DNA from: Selaginella moellendorffii
Lineage: Eukaryota; Plantae; Lycopodiophyta
Direction: 5' to 3'
NCBI RefSeq assembly: GCF_000143415.4
Contig: NW_003314331.1
Location: forward strand, 292,244 to 356,243
Length of the DNA stretch: 64,000 nucleotides
The notes beneath the pieces were generated by a model. That model worked only from the letters and a program-made list of their open reading frames with translations. It made no database searches and was not told the DNA's origin. The position numbers were made by a program, and so were the translations under genes. This document shows positions 33,892-45,890 of the stretch, in pieces (positions within the stretch are counted from its first letter, which is position 1; every line of letters starts with the position of its first letter).

Positions 33892-36684
33892 TCACGCAAA
33901 CTTGGCGGCGCCCTGGTGGTGCTGCTGGTGCTGGTGGAGATCCAGCGGCACCATCTTGAGCCACTCCGCCAGCGCCGGCCCCTGCCCGACGAAGCACCCC
34001 ACATTCAACCCATCCAGGTGGAACGGCGAGTTGAGCGATCGCAGCATCCCCTCCACCGCCTGCTTGACGAGCGACGCGCCGGGCACCCGGCTCCGCCGCC
34101 CCCACCCGGTGATGATGTCGATCCTGTACGGCGCCGCCCCCGTACGCACCACCGCCTCCGCGAACATCGCCAGCGTCCTGGCCAGCGCCACCAGCGCTGT
34201 GCCCGTGGACATGACGTGGAGGTTGATGGACCAGTACTGCGGCGCCTTCTCGCGCACCGCGTTGGGGTAGAGGTTCTTCTCCGCCGCCACCTCCCACACG
34301 CTGCCCGCCGCCACCGCCTTGCCCGCGCGGTGGAGGAAGTCGATGAGCGAGTCCGCGAAGCCGCGCCGGCTCTCCAGCTCCTCGAATTGCATCGCGTCGA
34401 AGAAGCAGCGGATGCCGACCACCATCTCCGCGGTACGCGTGCCGTACACAGCCCGAACGTCGGTCCCGTACGGGAGCCCGACGACCGTGCCGCCGGCGGT
34501 ACCGCCCGAGGCTAGTAGCGAGCAGACGAACGGATGGGCCGGGTGGCCGGTCCCCCCCATGAGTCCGAACAGCGCGTCGTACTCCCAGGCCGCGCGGCAC
34601 GCCGCACAGCTGCTCAGCAGCGACGTGTACGTCTGCAGCGTTGGGTAGAGCCCCCACTTGGCCATGCCGCCCAGCACGCCGCCGGCGGCGTCGTAGAAGC
34701 TGGAGCGCAGGTAGGCGCTGAGGAGTGAGTTGCAAGCCGGGACGTTTGGCTGGAGGCCCGAGTCGAGCATCCGGTTAAACCACTGTGCGGCCTTCTCGGC
34801 GTTGCCCGTCTTACCCCACATATCCACCATGAGCCCGAAGATCGGGTTGTCCGCCACCCAGCCGGCTCGCTCCATCTCCTCGAAAACTTGCTCCGCGTCC
34901 TCGATGTGGCCGCAGTTCCCGAGAACTTCCATGATGATCCCATACGTGACTCGGTCCGGAGCGTAGCCGACTTCCTGGAGATCCGAGTAGAGCTTGAGCG
35001 CCATGTCAAACTTGCCAGCTTTCGCGTGGAGGTCGATGATGATGTTGTAAGTCACCAGGCTGGGAGCGTAGCCGCGGTCAGTCATCTCGCAGAAGAGCTT
35101 GTAGGCCGCGTTGAGCTTCCCGGCCTTGCCGAGGCAGTGGATGATGATGCTGTAGGTGAAAGTGTCCGGCCGGAAGCCGGCGTGCTGCATCTGGCGGTAG
35201 AGCTCCATGGCCGCGTCGTGGAAGCCGGCCTTGGCCTGGAGATCGATGAGCGTGCAGTAAGTCACACGGTCCGGCTCGCAGCCAACCATCTGCATCACGT
35301 TGAAGAGCTTGAGCGACGAGTCGAGATCGTTGGCCCGGCCGTAGCAGTGGATGAGCCGGTTGTAAGTCACCACGTTTGGCTCGCAGCCTTCCCGGATCAT
35401 CTCGTCGAGGAGATTGTTGAGAACGTCGAAGCTCTTTGCGCGGCCGAGGATGCCGAGAATGGTGGTGTAAGTGTGGACGTCGTGCTTGAAGCCGGCTTGC
35501 TTCCTGGCCCAGATGAAGAAGTTGTACGCCACCCCGGCCTCCTTTTGCTGCTTGAGGATCTCGTTCACCTGGTACGCGTTTAAGCTGGCGTTGAGTCCGG
35601 CTAGAGCTCGCACGGTCTCGTCTCCCCAGCCGTGCTGGTTTAGAATGCCGCAGACGCGGGCCACCAGGCGGTGGCTCTCGCTGCTGTTAGACCTGTTGTT
35701 CCTATGGTGGTGGTGGCCGTGTTTCGCCTGGCCACCGCTCTTCCTGTGAAAGTTGCTAGAGTTCGTCGACGGTGTAGTGCTGCTAGTTGCTGTTGATGAT
35801 GTGTGAGTAGTGCTGCTAACTGTTGAATCGCTGTTGCGGCTTGTAGCTGCTGCTACTGCTACTGGTTTAGTCCGGGTGACTTCGGTGGAGCTTAGAGAAG
35901 AGTCCGAGGACGCTGCCGAGCTCGGCCTGGGGACGAAAGGTTCTGCGTTGCTAGCACTAGAGGCGGGAGTGAAACTTGGAGTAGTAGCAGCATCCTTGTG
36001 TAGCTCGGGGGCTGAAAATGCTGGAACTGTCTTTGCGGACTCGAAGGAAGTATCTCTCCGCAGCTCGGACGGCTGGAACGGGACCGGCTTCTCAAAGTCG
36101 TTGAGGTCTCCGAGGGAAGGAACGCTGCCAAAGACGGGGACTGCAGCCGGAGCTTCCACAGGCTCGCTGCTGAAAGTGCTAGAAAGTGTCTCGGATGCGT
36201 TCCTCGCAATCGCATCTTCCTGCTCGACACAGCTGGCCTTTGCAAGCGTTGAGCTCTTTGGCTCGTTGCTCGACGCCTGAGGCGAGGCCTTGGTAGTTTT
36301 CTTGACATCGCTACTCCCCGAGGACTTGTACTCCACGGAGTATCTCCCAACGCTTGCAAGTCCATCGGTTTGCCCGAGCTCAGGATATCCTCTAGCGTGA
36401 TTCGGGCGTGGAAAGTTCTGGCGAAAGGCGGCGTCTCTTGGAGCAAACTTCTTTGTTGCCGACGGCTCGCTCGAATGCGTGTGTATGTCTTTGTTGGCGG
36501 AACGTCCATGCCTGTTATACGGTGGAGCTCTGTTCTCGTAGCCCCTGGAGTCGGGTGCCTCGTCTCTCCTGTTATCGTCACTGTTGCTAGCGTCTCCAGT
36601 GGCTTTCGGTCCATAGACAGTCCCAGCGACGAGCCAGTTCCTCGCGCCCTTGCACAAAGGTAATAACTTCGCCGAGCGCAGCAT
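33892..36684 (-). CDS. P-class PPR protein with C-terminal SMR domain (At1g18900/At1g74750-like)
   Basis: GFKHDVHTYTTILGILGRA, tandem P repeats, YWSINLHVMSTGTALVALARTL...RIDIITGWGRRSRV; ATG 36684. Confidence 0.93.
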   Translation of the reverse strand: MLRSAKLLPLCKGARNWLVAGTVYGPKATGDASNSDDNRRDEAPDSRGYENRAPPYNRHGRSANKDIHTHSSEPSATKKFAPRDAAFRQNFPRPNHARGYPELGQTDGLASVGRYSVEYKSSGSSDVKKTTKASPQASSNEPKSSTLAKASCVEQEDAIARNASETLSSTFSSEPVEAPAAVPVFGSVPSLGDLNDFEKPVPFQPSELRRDTSFESAKTVPAFSAPELHKDAATTPSFTPASSASNAEPFVPRPSSAASSDSSLSSTEVTRTKPVAVAAATSRNSDSTVSSTTHTSSTATSSTTPSTNSSNFHRKSGGQAKHGHHHHRNNRSNSSESHRLVARVCGILNQHGWGDETVRALAGLNASLNAYQVNEILKQQKEAGVAYNFFIWARKQAGFKHDVHTYTTILGILGRAKSFDVLNNLLDEMIREGCEPNVVTYNRLIHCYGRANDLDSSLKLFNVMQMVGCEPDRVTYCTLIDLQAKAGFHDAAMELYRQMQHAGFRPDTFTYSIIIHCLGKAGKLNAAYKLFCEMTDRGYAPSLVTYNIIIDLHAKAGKFDMALKLYSDLQEVGYAPDRVTYGIIMEVLGNCGHIEDAEQVFEEMERAGWVADNPIFGLMVDMWGKTGNAEKAAQWFNRMLDSGLQPNVPACNSLLSAYLRSSFYDAAGGVLGGMAKWGLYPTLQTYTSLLSSCAACRAAWEYDALFGLMGGTGHPAHPFVCSLLASGGTAGGTVVGLPYGTDVRAVYGTRTAEMVVGIRCFFDAMQFEELESRRGFADSLIDFLHRAGKAVAAGSVWEVAAEKNLYPNAVREKAPQYWSINLHVMSTGTALVALARTLAMFAEAVVRTGAAPYRIDIITGWGRRSRVPGASLVKQAVEGMLRSLNSPFHLDGLNVGCFVGQGPALAEWLKMVPLDLHQHQQHHQGAAKFA

Positions 36685-37557
36685 TATACGAATCGATAGT
36701 TCCAACTACACGAGAGTGATTCCTGCAAGGAAAAAAAGAACATGAGAAAAAAAAGTACTCTTTTTGGCGCATAAAATAAAGAAAAAAGATCTATTTGGAA
36801 ACCACGCACCGAAAAGCGAGCATCACAAAAAGAAAGGAAGGAAAAAATCTAGCACTGTGACAGAGACTAGCAGTGGAAGAGGAAGAAAATATGGAAAAGA
36901 AAAGCAGCATTGCTTTACAAAAGAGAGCTACATTACGATCTCCCACGGGACAAAGCATAGAGCAAAAAGAAGAAACCAAAGAGCTTGGAAGAAAGAATAG
37001 CGAAGAAAATCCATGCAAGCATGCCGAAACTAGCGCGCAAATCCTTCACATTGTTTACACTGGCACGCAAAAGAAGACCTTGACCAGGCAGCGCAACAAG
37101 CTCGATCAAGGATCGTAGGAGCGATATTTCGAGGCGGCGATCACGCCAGAGCACAGCCGGAAGCAAAGCATACCTTGATCGATCGTTTAGGCCACCAGAA
37201 AAGCGCGCCGCGCGGCGCCGTGCGGCTCACCCAGGGCTGCACAGCACGACCCTCCCGCCGCCATCGCCGCCATCGCGCTTGGAATGCCGGGCGCTACTCG
37301 CCGCCGCCATCGACACCGCCGCCGCCGCCATGAGAGCGCGTGAAGGAGCGCTCCCCTTTCCCCGTTGAGCAGGAAAAGAGAAGAGTCTTTGGCTCCAAGG
37401 CAGCCGTACAATGCGTACGTGCCTATTAGGTCCCAAGCTCGCCGGAGAGAAAATATGGGCAGATGGCCCATCGCATCCACTGGGCCACGTTGCGCCAATA
37501 AGGCGCCGGCCCCTCGTGGTGGCATCCTGGCCGTCGGGTTGTGAAAGTATCTAAGAA

Positions 37558-38019
37558 ATTAGGGCTGCGTCAGATTTAGGGACACGTGGCAAACAAATAT
37601 TTGATACGCGTGGTGACGTGGCTGAGGGGCGAGGTCAAGGCTTTTCCAGAAGAGCTGTAAGATCTCTTCTTTCGTGCTTTGCTAGGATATTAAAATCCAT
37701 ATCTTGCTCTCTAGATTCGCGTGAAAATGCTGGAGGGAGTGGAACAACGAGCACAAACTATAGCATTGTCACACAAACTCCTGTTAGTTTTGAATGCAAG
37801 GTGTGTGTTCTTCGTGCTTGAGGGAAGAACAGGCCCAAGATCGAGGCGAGCAGCCAGCCGGATGATCCCACTGAGGAAGAGATTGAGCAGCTCAAGGATG
37901 CGGTGCTTTACAAGGTTTGATTTTTTGAGATTCACTCCCGTGTTTCGCTGCCACTGGAAACTTTAGGACGAGGATTTGATTTGATAGTTGTCAACAAGCC
38001 ACCAGGATTGCCGGTCCAG
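37558..38019 (+). pseudogene. Partial, internally deleted duplicate of the 5' part of the RluA-type gene
   Basis: Matches 38921-39765 (ttagggctgcgtcaga; DPTEEEIEQLKDAVLYK; DEDLIVVNKPPGLPVQ) but lacks the ATG and most of exon 1. Confidence 0.85.
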
Positions 38020-38499
38020 GTTCCATTGTCGATGCTTTATACAGGACTCTACAGTGACTGGGCAAGAGATCGGAGTCCTTGAGTTTGGGACTCATGAGCA
38101 GATAGTGAAATGTCTCGTAATGGTGCAAACCATTTCAGAGGTGTCTAAGCAGAAACAAGTGGACAAATTCGAACCAGTTTCCATGGACTTCGAGGCTTGT
38201 ATGGAGGCCTTCGAAAGGCCTCTATGTGAAGCTTTTTTGTAAGTAATCCTGTTTCCAGCTTCGTTTTTATTTCATTCCAACTCTTTTTACTTTAGTACTG
38301 TGGGCAACGCCTTTAACGAGCAGTGCGGACACGAGCTCCATGCAGCTCTTTTTCGTGGATTCTCACAGCTAACTCGCGCCGGTGGAGAAATATGAAATGC
38401 CAGAGTTCCCCCTTCAGGCTGATTGCGGTCCGATTCTTCAGCAGCTTCTTCATCAAGGCTCCTGAAAACGATCGAACTTAGGAGCAGTGGGAATCCAAG

Positions 38500-38915
38500 A
38501 GATGGAAATAAAGAATGTACTTCTGTCTAAGAACTTACAAGAAGTTCTATCGGGATTGCTCGAGCGTCTGGGGATTGTGATCATCCATTCGGACGCTACA
38601 CTTGAGGCCGTACACGTAGTACGTCACCTTGTCCTCGTCGTTCAACCGCGACACGAGCTTGCAAAACCGGGAGCTATACTCCCTCAGCTGCCGGAGATCC
38701 ATGAGCGCAAACTTGGCCTCGCGCTGGTAATTCGCGGGCATGAAGAACTTGAGGAACGCTTCCCGGAAATCCCCCACCATGAGCTGGAGCTCGAGTTCTT
38801 CCTCGCGTCCTTGAGCGCAATCAACACTTTCTCATCCGCGCTCGCCGCGGTAGATCAGGGTCCTTGGCGGCTGGTTGACGGATGCTTGAATCGAAGGAGC
38901 CATTGGAGCTTCGTT
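38500..38915 (-). mobile_element. Ty3/gypsy-type retrotransposon gag fragment (frameshifted)
   Basis: DEKVLIALKDA...SWW / DFREAFLKFFMPANYQREAKFALMDLRQ...EYSSRF...DEDKVTYYVYGLK...PQTLEQ. Confidence 0.7.
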
Positions 38916-38992
38916 GGGAGATTAGGGCTGCGTCAGACCTAGATACACGTGGCATACGTGGGTCTAGGGTTTAATTTAGGGTTCTTCGAGGT

Positions 38993-40971
38993 ATGCTTCG
39001 CGCTCTCGCGAAAAATGCCACAATGCGGCGCCATTTCCTGGGAAATCCCCAGCTCCCGCAGGTCTCCAGATTGTGCTCCACGGATTCCTTGTCTTCGTCC
39101 TCCGGGGATGAGGAGGAGGACAATCCTGGGATTGGTGCCTGGCTCAAGACTCTCCCGCCAGTTCCTCGCCGGGAGATTGGAAGCGAGGGGCAGACGATTA
39201 AAACGAGTGCGTGTAAGTGGGTGAGCAAATGCTTGCCCGAGTTACCGATCAGCACACTCTCAAGGCTTTTCCGGAGAAGGGCTGTAAGATCTCTTCTTTC
39301 GTGCTTTGATAGGAGTTTTAAAATCCATCTCTTGCTCTCTAGATTCGCGTGAAAATGCTGGTGGAGGATCCGGGGAGTGGAACAACGAGCACAAAATATC
39401 GGAGGGTATAGCTTTGTCACACAAACTCCTCTTAGTTTTGAATGCAAGGTGTGTGTTCTTCGTGCTTGAGGGAAGAACACGTCCCGCTACTTAACGTTTT
39501 GGCCTTGTTTGTTTTAGGTGAAACGGAATGCCATCATGCCGGTAGGAGCTCTGATTTGCGTGCCCGACAGTGTGACGAAGATCGAGGCGAGCAGCCAGTC
39601 TCACGAGCCGGATGATCCCACTGAGGAAGAGATTGAGCAGCTCAAGGATGCGGTGCTTTACAAGGTTTGATTTTTTGAGATTTACTTTAGTGTTTCACTG
39701 CCACTGGAAACTTTAGGACGAGGATTTGATAGTTCTCAACAAGCCACCAGGATTGCCAGTCCAGGTACTACTTACTGTGTATGCTTTATAATGAAATGAT
39801 CTATCGTTTTCAGGGTGGAAGTAAAGTCGAGAGGAGTCTAGTCTCCATGATGAGTTTGGCTCTTCAGTTCGAATACAAAGAGCCTCCAAGACTGGTAATC
39901 ACTATTCGCTTTCTATGAACCGTGCAATGATCTCGCTAACAATGTAGGTTCATCGTCTCGATAAAGATGTGAGCGGTGTCATGATTCTTGGGCGCACTTA
40001 CGAAAGCACTGTCAAGATCCAGAGCTTCTTATGCTCAAAAGACAACTTGATGCCCAGTGTGAGTACCTTTTGTTAGGCAAAAACATTTGACCAAAGTTAC
40101 AATCCAGGGGAGTGTTGGGAAAGGCTTGGACCGGAAATACATAGCTCTAGTGATTGGCTCACCTACGGCAGACAAAGGTTTCATTTCAGCTCCACTGTTG
40201 AAGGTACTACACTTTCATTTTACGCGTTTGGATTGCTCATAGATGTGAGAGCGTTGAACAGATGGTTCTGGAAGATGGAAAATCCGATCGTGTGTTAATA
40301 GCGGCTGATCCCAAGTCCGAGAACGCGATCCCAGCTATTACCGAGTATCAGGTTTTGAAGCGTTCAGTACTGGGTGAGAGGACTCTTTTGCGATTGATTG
40401 ATTTCTTTGCTTGTAATTATCTTATTTCTCTTCGTAGGCTGTACATGGCTACAACTACGTCCACTCACTGGAAGAAAACATCAGGTGGCTTTTCGTGACG
40501 TTTAGTACTCACTAAAGTTCCTTATTTTATTTTTATAATCAGCTCCGCGTGCATTGCGCTCAAGGCCTTGGACTTCCTATCGTCGGAGACATGAAGTATG
40601 GATTCAACACGCATAAGAAATGGATGGCGGAAAGAAACATGAACACGGTGGACCCTCAAGACATCAAAGCGAGGAACAAGATGGCAGGCAGCGTAGTCTC
40701 CAAGAATCCTCTGCTCCATCTCCACTCAAGGGAGCTTACCATCCCCCGGCTGCGGAAGAAACCAGGCGCGGTGGACTTTGGCCTGGACCCCGAGCGGATG
40801 AGATTCGTGGCACCACTCCCGACTCATATGGAATCGAGCTGGGAGGCCAAGCCATACGTGAAGAAGAGGCCGGAGAAAGTCGCCGGCTGGGGATGGACAG
40901 TTCCAAAGCGTGTGCTCAGGCTGCAACACATGAACTGGCAGAAATCCAATAGGAACATCTACAGAAGATGA
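38993..40971 (+). CDS. RluA-family RNA pseudouridine synthase, probably mitochondrial; multi-exon
   Basis: Transit-like N-terminus; LIVLNKPPGLPVQGG, PRL|VHRLDKDVSG, LQLRPLTGRKHQ|LRVHCA..LGLPIVGDMKYG, LHLHSREL. Confidence 0.9.
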
Positions 40972-41221
40972 AAGAAAGTCCAGGTATGTTTCTTCTCAAA
41001 GTTCCAGCTATAGAAGTGTGATGACAATATCGTATCATATCTTCCAGGAAAAGTATTCTAAGTCGATGTTCGGGTCTGCCAAGCTCGAGGGCTATCAGTC
41101 AAAGTTAGATTTTTGGTCTCAAGATTTTATTTTTCTTCTCAGTTAGAAGCTCGAAAGCTCGAAAGCTCGAAAGCTGGTCTCCGAAGCAATGAAGTTATCA
41201 ATCAATCGATCAATCTATCAG

Positions 41222-43150
41222 TTAGTATCGAGGTAGAATTATCCTGCGGGGCTGCCACACCGAAACGCACTGCGTCGTCACCTTCTTCCACGCCAACTTG
41301 ATCCATCCATCGCTGTAATCCAGCTCAAAGTTCCGGTTGTAGTTCCCCATCATCGCCTGGGCTCTCAAAACCGTGCTCTCCTCCAGCGGCAGCGCCACGA
41401 ATCCAGCGCCAACCATCGCGCGCTCCCACTCCTCGCAAGGCGCTGTTCTAACCAGCCGGTCACTACCGTCGCACGCCACCAAGTTAAGTATCTCGGGCCC
41501 CAAGAACTGGCCCTCGTATGCCGCGCGGCCCGCCGCCTGGGCGCCGCCCGACCCACACTCCAACGCCGCGTCAAACTTGGCGTTAAACCGCGTCACCGCC
41601 TGCACAAAGCGCTCCAGAAAGCTGAACTGCGGTACCGCGCGGTACCCGTGGTTGATGCCCAGCACCAGCACCGCCGGGTCCATGCGGCGCAGCGCGGACA
41701 GCACGGCGCGCCGCGGGCTGCGCGCCTGTACCGCCGTCTCGTCCTCGAGGAAGTCGAGCGCGAAGAGGGCATTCACGACGAGCACCTCGCCCGGGGCGGC
41801 GCGCGGCACGATCCGCGGGAGAACAGCCTCCCAGGCGTGCGCGTCGGCGATCTCCAGCTCGACCTCGGCCTCCAATCCCAAGCGCGAGGATTCAAAGATG
41901 ATGCGCTGCGCAAGCTGGGCGAGCAGCGCCTTGTGCTGGGGCGAATCTACTGCCGTGACGCGGAGGCGGCGCAACGGTACGTCGCGGCGGTGCGCCAGCG
42001 CCTGGAGGAGGAGCGACCACTGGAAGCGATTCCTCGCCATGCCGATCTCGACAATGTGGAGAAATCGCTTGCCCTGCGCAGCCGCCACGATCGTGGAGGT
42101 GGAGACGAAGTGTGGCACCAGCGGGCTGGGCGTGGCGTGGAGCCGGAACTCGTAGACTCTCTCCATGACGTCCGGGCCGCCAGAGTTGGATGCCGTGGCG
42201 GCAGCCAGCGCGGTACCGGTGCCCAGCACGCGCGCCAGCAGCGACTCCACGAAGTAGTAGGCGACGCGCCGCGCGGGGTCCGCGGCGGTGGACGACGCGC
42301 CGTGCTGGCGCCGGATGGATACCGCCAGGCTGTTGGCGTTGGTCACGTCGCGTACCGCCACGGCATGGGCGCAATCGTGGAGCAGTGTCATGATGTCGGG
42401 CGACACGGAGTATAAGCGCGGATTGTGGCCGTTGGATTTGTCGGCGGTCTCGGATCCCTGCCGTCGGATCTTGATCACCGTCTTGAGCCCCTCCACCGCG
42501 TCTTCCTCCTCCGATGTGGCTGCGCTGTTTCGCTTCTTTCGATTGATCGCAGTAGCAGCGGGCTTCTCTTGGCTGTTCCTTTTGTGATTGTCCGTGGCCA
42601 GGTGAGAGGCGATCACTTCCTGGAGAATGCCGACCAAATCCGCTCGGTCGGACGAGAACCCACGCAGCTCCTGGCGATCCGCGACGTGGGTCGGGGTCAG
42701 ATCGCGCAAATTCGCGCTCCCGGAGGAATCGGAGCTGGAGAGCTCCTGGTTGCTGCTCCTCTCCATTGTGTTGCAAGAGGACGACGAGACCTCCTGATCC
42801 TCGCCCACTATCATCTCGCTCGTCCAGCTCTTGATCGATAGGCCATCCAGTGAGCTCCAATCGCTGGCGCTAGTGGTCACGGTCACTGCCTGCTGCTGCT
42901 GCGACGAAGAAGAAGAGGGCGACGGGGAATCATAGAGAATGAGCTGCTGGAGCTCCTTGATCATGCTGGATCCTGCCATAGCGCTCTCGCCACCGCCATT
43001 CTCGTCCATCATCAAGCTGTTGAGCTCCTCCAGCGTGAAGCCGGACGATCCGGGCGATTCCACCGCCGCCGGGGAGGAGCCATCGATCCCATAGCCGTAA
43101 TTCTCGCCGCTACTCACCGGATCGCTAAGGTCTCTTCCCAGGAACTCCAT
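41222..43150 (-). CDS. GRAS transcription factor (LISCL-like, tentative subfamily), intronless
   Basis: LLHDCAHAV, RRVAYYF, LHIVEIG (VHIID), FQW..LLQAL, NLVACDG..RL.R, C-terminal CVSVW (SAW). Confidence 0.9.
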   Translation of the reverse strand: MEFLGRDLSDPVSSGENYGYGIDGSSPAAVESPGSSGFTLEELNSLMMDENGGGESAMAGSSMIKELQQLILYDSPSPSSSSSQQQQAVTVTTSASDWSSLDGLSIKSWTSEMIVGEDQEVSSSSCNTMERSSNQELSSSDSSGSANLRDLTPTHVADRQELRGFSSDRADLVGILQEVIASHLATDNHKRNSQEKPAATAINRKKRNSAATSEEEDAVEGLKTVIKIRRQGSETADKSNGHNPRLYSVSPDIMTLLHDCAHAVAVRDVTNANSLAVSIRRQHGASSTAADPARRVAYYFVESLLARVLGTGTALAAATASNSGGPDVMERVYEFRLHATPSPLVPHFVSTSTIVAAAQGKRFLHIVEIGMARNRFQWSLLLQALAHRRDVPLRRLRVTAVDSPQHKALLAQLAQRIIFESSRLGLEAEVELEIADAHAWEAVLPRIVPRAAPGEVLVVNALFALDFLEDETAVQARSPRRAVLSALRRMDPAVLVLGINHGYRAVPQFSFLERFVQAVTRFNAKFDAALECGSGGAQAAGRAAYEGQFLGPEILNLVACDGSDRLVRTAPCEEWERAMVGAGFVALPLEESTVLRAQAMMGNYNRNFELDYSDGWIKLAWKKVTTQCVSVWQPRRIILPRY

Positions 43151-44237
43151 CAATGTGCCGTGCCGGTTTTGAGCTCGCAAAGGTCAATATAAACACGTGC
43201 CACGAGGGATCCACGTCAGCATTCTTTCCCTGCTGACCTTGCGGACCTTGAATTTTCATGTCGTGCTTCCGAAAAATAATCTATAATAGAGTGCCGAATT
43301 TGCTGGGCCGCCGGATCCAGCCAATGGCAGCCGTCCGATGGGGGGTAACTGTAATTGTCCTTTTCTTTAACCACGTCTTAGCGAATAAGGTCAGCGCCCT
43401 GAATTGAACAAAGGGAAGGGATTTGACGATGGCGGGAAGCTATAGGTCGGCAGAGGAGGAGGAGATCGCAATAGAGCTGGTGGCGGTGCTGAAAGTTCCT
43501 ATGCATCCATCCCATCCACCCCAGAAAAGAGTAAGCATAGTTTGATTTCTTCTTCTTTTTTGTTGGATTGCATCTGTCGAGCGAAGAACGCACTACGTGG
43601 CATTGCTTGGGTGCTTCAGATCAATTGGGAATAGGTATCATGCTTCTTTTTTGTGGAAGAAATAAAAATATCACCAAGAGCTTTTCCTTTATTATCTAAC
43701 GGGAAAAGAAGAACAAATGCAAACTAAAACATAACATAAGACAATAATTAGTACGTTGCATCAGTTTTACACTAAATTTACCCTTGCTAACCGTGCACCT
43801 TTTGCTGGAGAGGCGTGTATTAACTATTTACCTCGTGTGGATAGCTTCAAGAGATCACTGCTTTGACTCGTGTGATTCCGCGCAGCTCTTTGAACAAGAC
43901 CCTACCTTTTCTTGTAATGAATGGACACCACCATAAACGAGAAAGAAAAATCTGTCATGTCAAAACACGGGTTCCAAATCCCAAAATGTCTAGAACTCGG
44001 AAGAGAAAGCAAACAAGGCAACCAAGCCAGGAGTCACTTCCTGGAAATCAAACAAGAATAGACCTTCTGTCTATCAAAAAGGTCGGAATAAAATGAGTGT
44101 ATGTAAATGCCAAGGTATGCTTTGGAAGAAATTCTATACCTTGACTTGACATTACCTCACTGTGGCCTTGAATGAACCACAACGCGGTGACGATGAATCT
44201 AAGGACTGCCTGCCTTCCAAAGCATCGATCCATCTCT

Positions 44238-45890
44238 CTAGAGATTCGTGTTCACTCTTAGCAGTGCCTTTACTGGCCTGTGGTCCGAGCTCTTCAAGGA
44301 GTTGATCGAATCGTAGTCCTGGACCGCCACACTGAGCCAGCTCTTGTGCCGGACTTTGAACAAGATCCTATCCGTCCATGACGGCACTCTTTCCTGGATA
44401 GGAAAGAAAAAATCATGAGTTCTACTGATTCAAAGTCAAGCCGAGTTTTAACAGGAGAAGCAGTCGCTTGCCTACCTTTGAGCTCGTGTCATAGTTATCG
44501 GTTCCCACGTCATACTTGTAAGTCGGTCTGAAAGTTAGCGGGCCTTCAACAAAGCCGTTGAAGATGTTGCCTCGCGCGACTTCTCTCGAGAGCTGGTCTC
44601 TCGGCCATAAGAGCTGTAAAATCAGACAAACAAACGCTGGAGTTATTTGAAAAGGAGTGAAAGAAAAAGCGAGAACCTTTTCGAGGTTGTTCTTGATCAA
44701 GATCCCTACGGAAGTTTTGTGCCCGACAACTCTGTAGTTCAAGTCCCCCATCAAGATGACGAGATCGGAGCCCTCGACAGTGTTGTTCGTGCAAGCTTGA
44801 TGCTGGTTTTGCTTGTGTTGGTCCTGCGGCTGATCGAGGCCATACTCGTCCACGACCACGGCGGTGGCCGTGTGCAAGCACGAGCACCCGTTGGCAGTGT
44901 TTGGCCTTGCGAAAACGCTCTGAGTGATGCGAGCAAACTGAGCATTTCGAGCCCCTACATTGCCTTCGTGAGCTGAGCTGAAGCATTAAAGGCTAGAGTA
45001 AAAAACCTGGTATCGGTAATGGAAAGCTTGAAATGCAAAAAAAGGAAAAACTTACGGGCGAGGTGGCATGAAAGGAAGAGAAATCTGAGCTGACGGTATC
45101 GCAACGAGACAGCAACAGCCCCCTTTTGACGACCAATAACACCTCCAAATCCCCCTACGCTAACCTTGTCGCTCCTGGGATCTGAAGAAACAAACAACGA
45201 GTGTAGAATTCTCGTTTGGAGAGAGTGAGATTGTACACACCAGTTAAAAATGACAGGAGCGCGGTCCTTGCGAACACGAAAAGTTGCAAAGATGACATGA
45301 CCGACGATGCAACCAAGCTACATGACAAAAAAGAAGAGAGTTGCAATGAGAGAAACGTTAAAGAGAAAAGATCTTCTTTACCAGTAACTTTCGCCCAGAA
45401 TCTCTAGAAAGAAAGACTCGACGTAGAAACTTGGAGCTTCCTGGAGACCAATCACGTACAAGTCGTGCTTCCTTCTCGCCGATTCATCGTCCACGAGATT
45501 TGCGAGATTTCGTTCAGGTATCTAAGGAAAAAAGAAAATATCAATCCTGCTGAAAAAAGAAATAGAAACTCTCACCTTTCCATTCATGTTCCAAGTAACA
45601 ACGTAGATTCGCAAGGCGCCGCTGGCCTCTCCCTCTCGATTCTCCGAAACGGGCATATTTTGATGGAAGATGTGCTCCAACTGCGACCGGCCATCGATCT
45701 TCTCCCTGTCAGACGCGAAATCGAGCTGCTCTTGGCGCCGCGGCCGGCGGCGCTGAGAATGCCGATCCAAGAGAAGCCCCAGCACCTCGCGATCCTCCAT
45801 GCGCAAGAAATCCATCAGCCGCGGCCGGAATCTCTTGGGGCAAGGGCCAAATCCGTCGCAGCTATCCGAGCACACGCAGCAGTTCCCCAT
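44238..45890 (-). CDS. Inositol polyphosphate 5-phosphatase (5PTase11-like), multi-exon
   Basis: IYVVTWNMNGK, LYVIGLQE, FLSCHLA, LMGDLNYRV, FRPTYKYDVGT, RVPSWTDRILF, SSDHRPVKA. Confidence 0.92.

Noticed and set aside
41373-42860. Several long overlapping ORFs within the GRAS gene
   Set aside because: By-product of very high GC content
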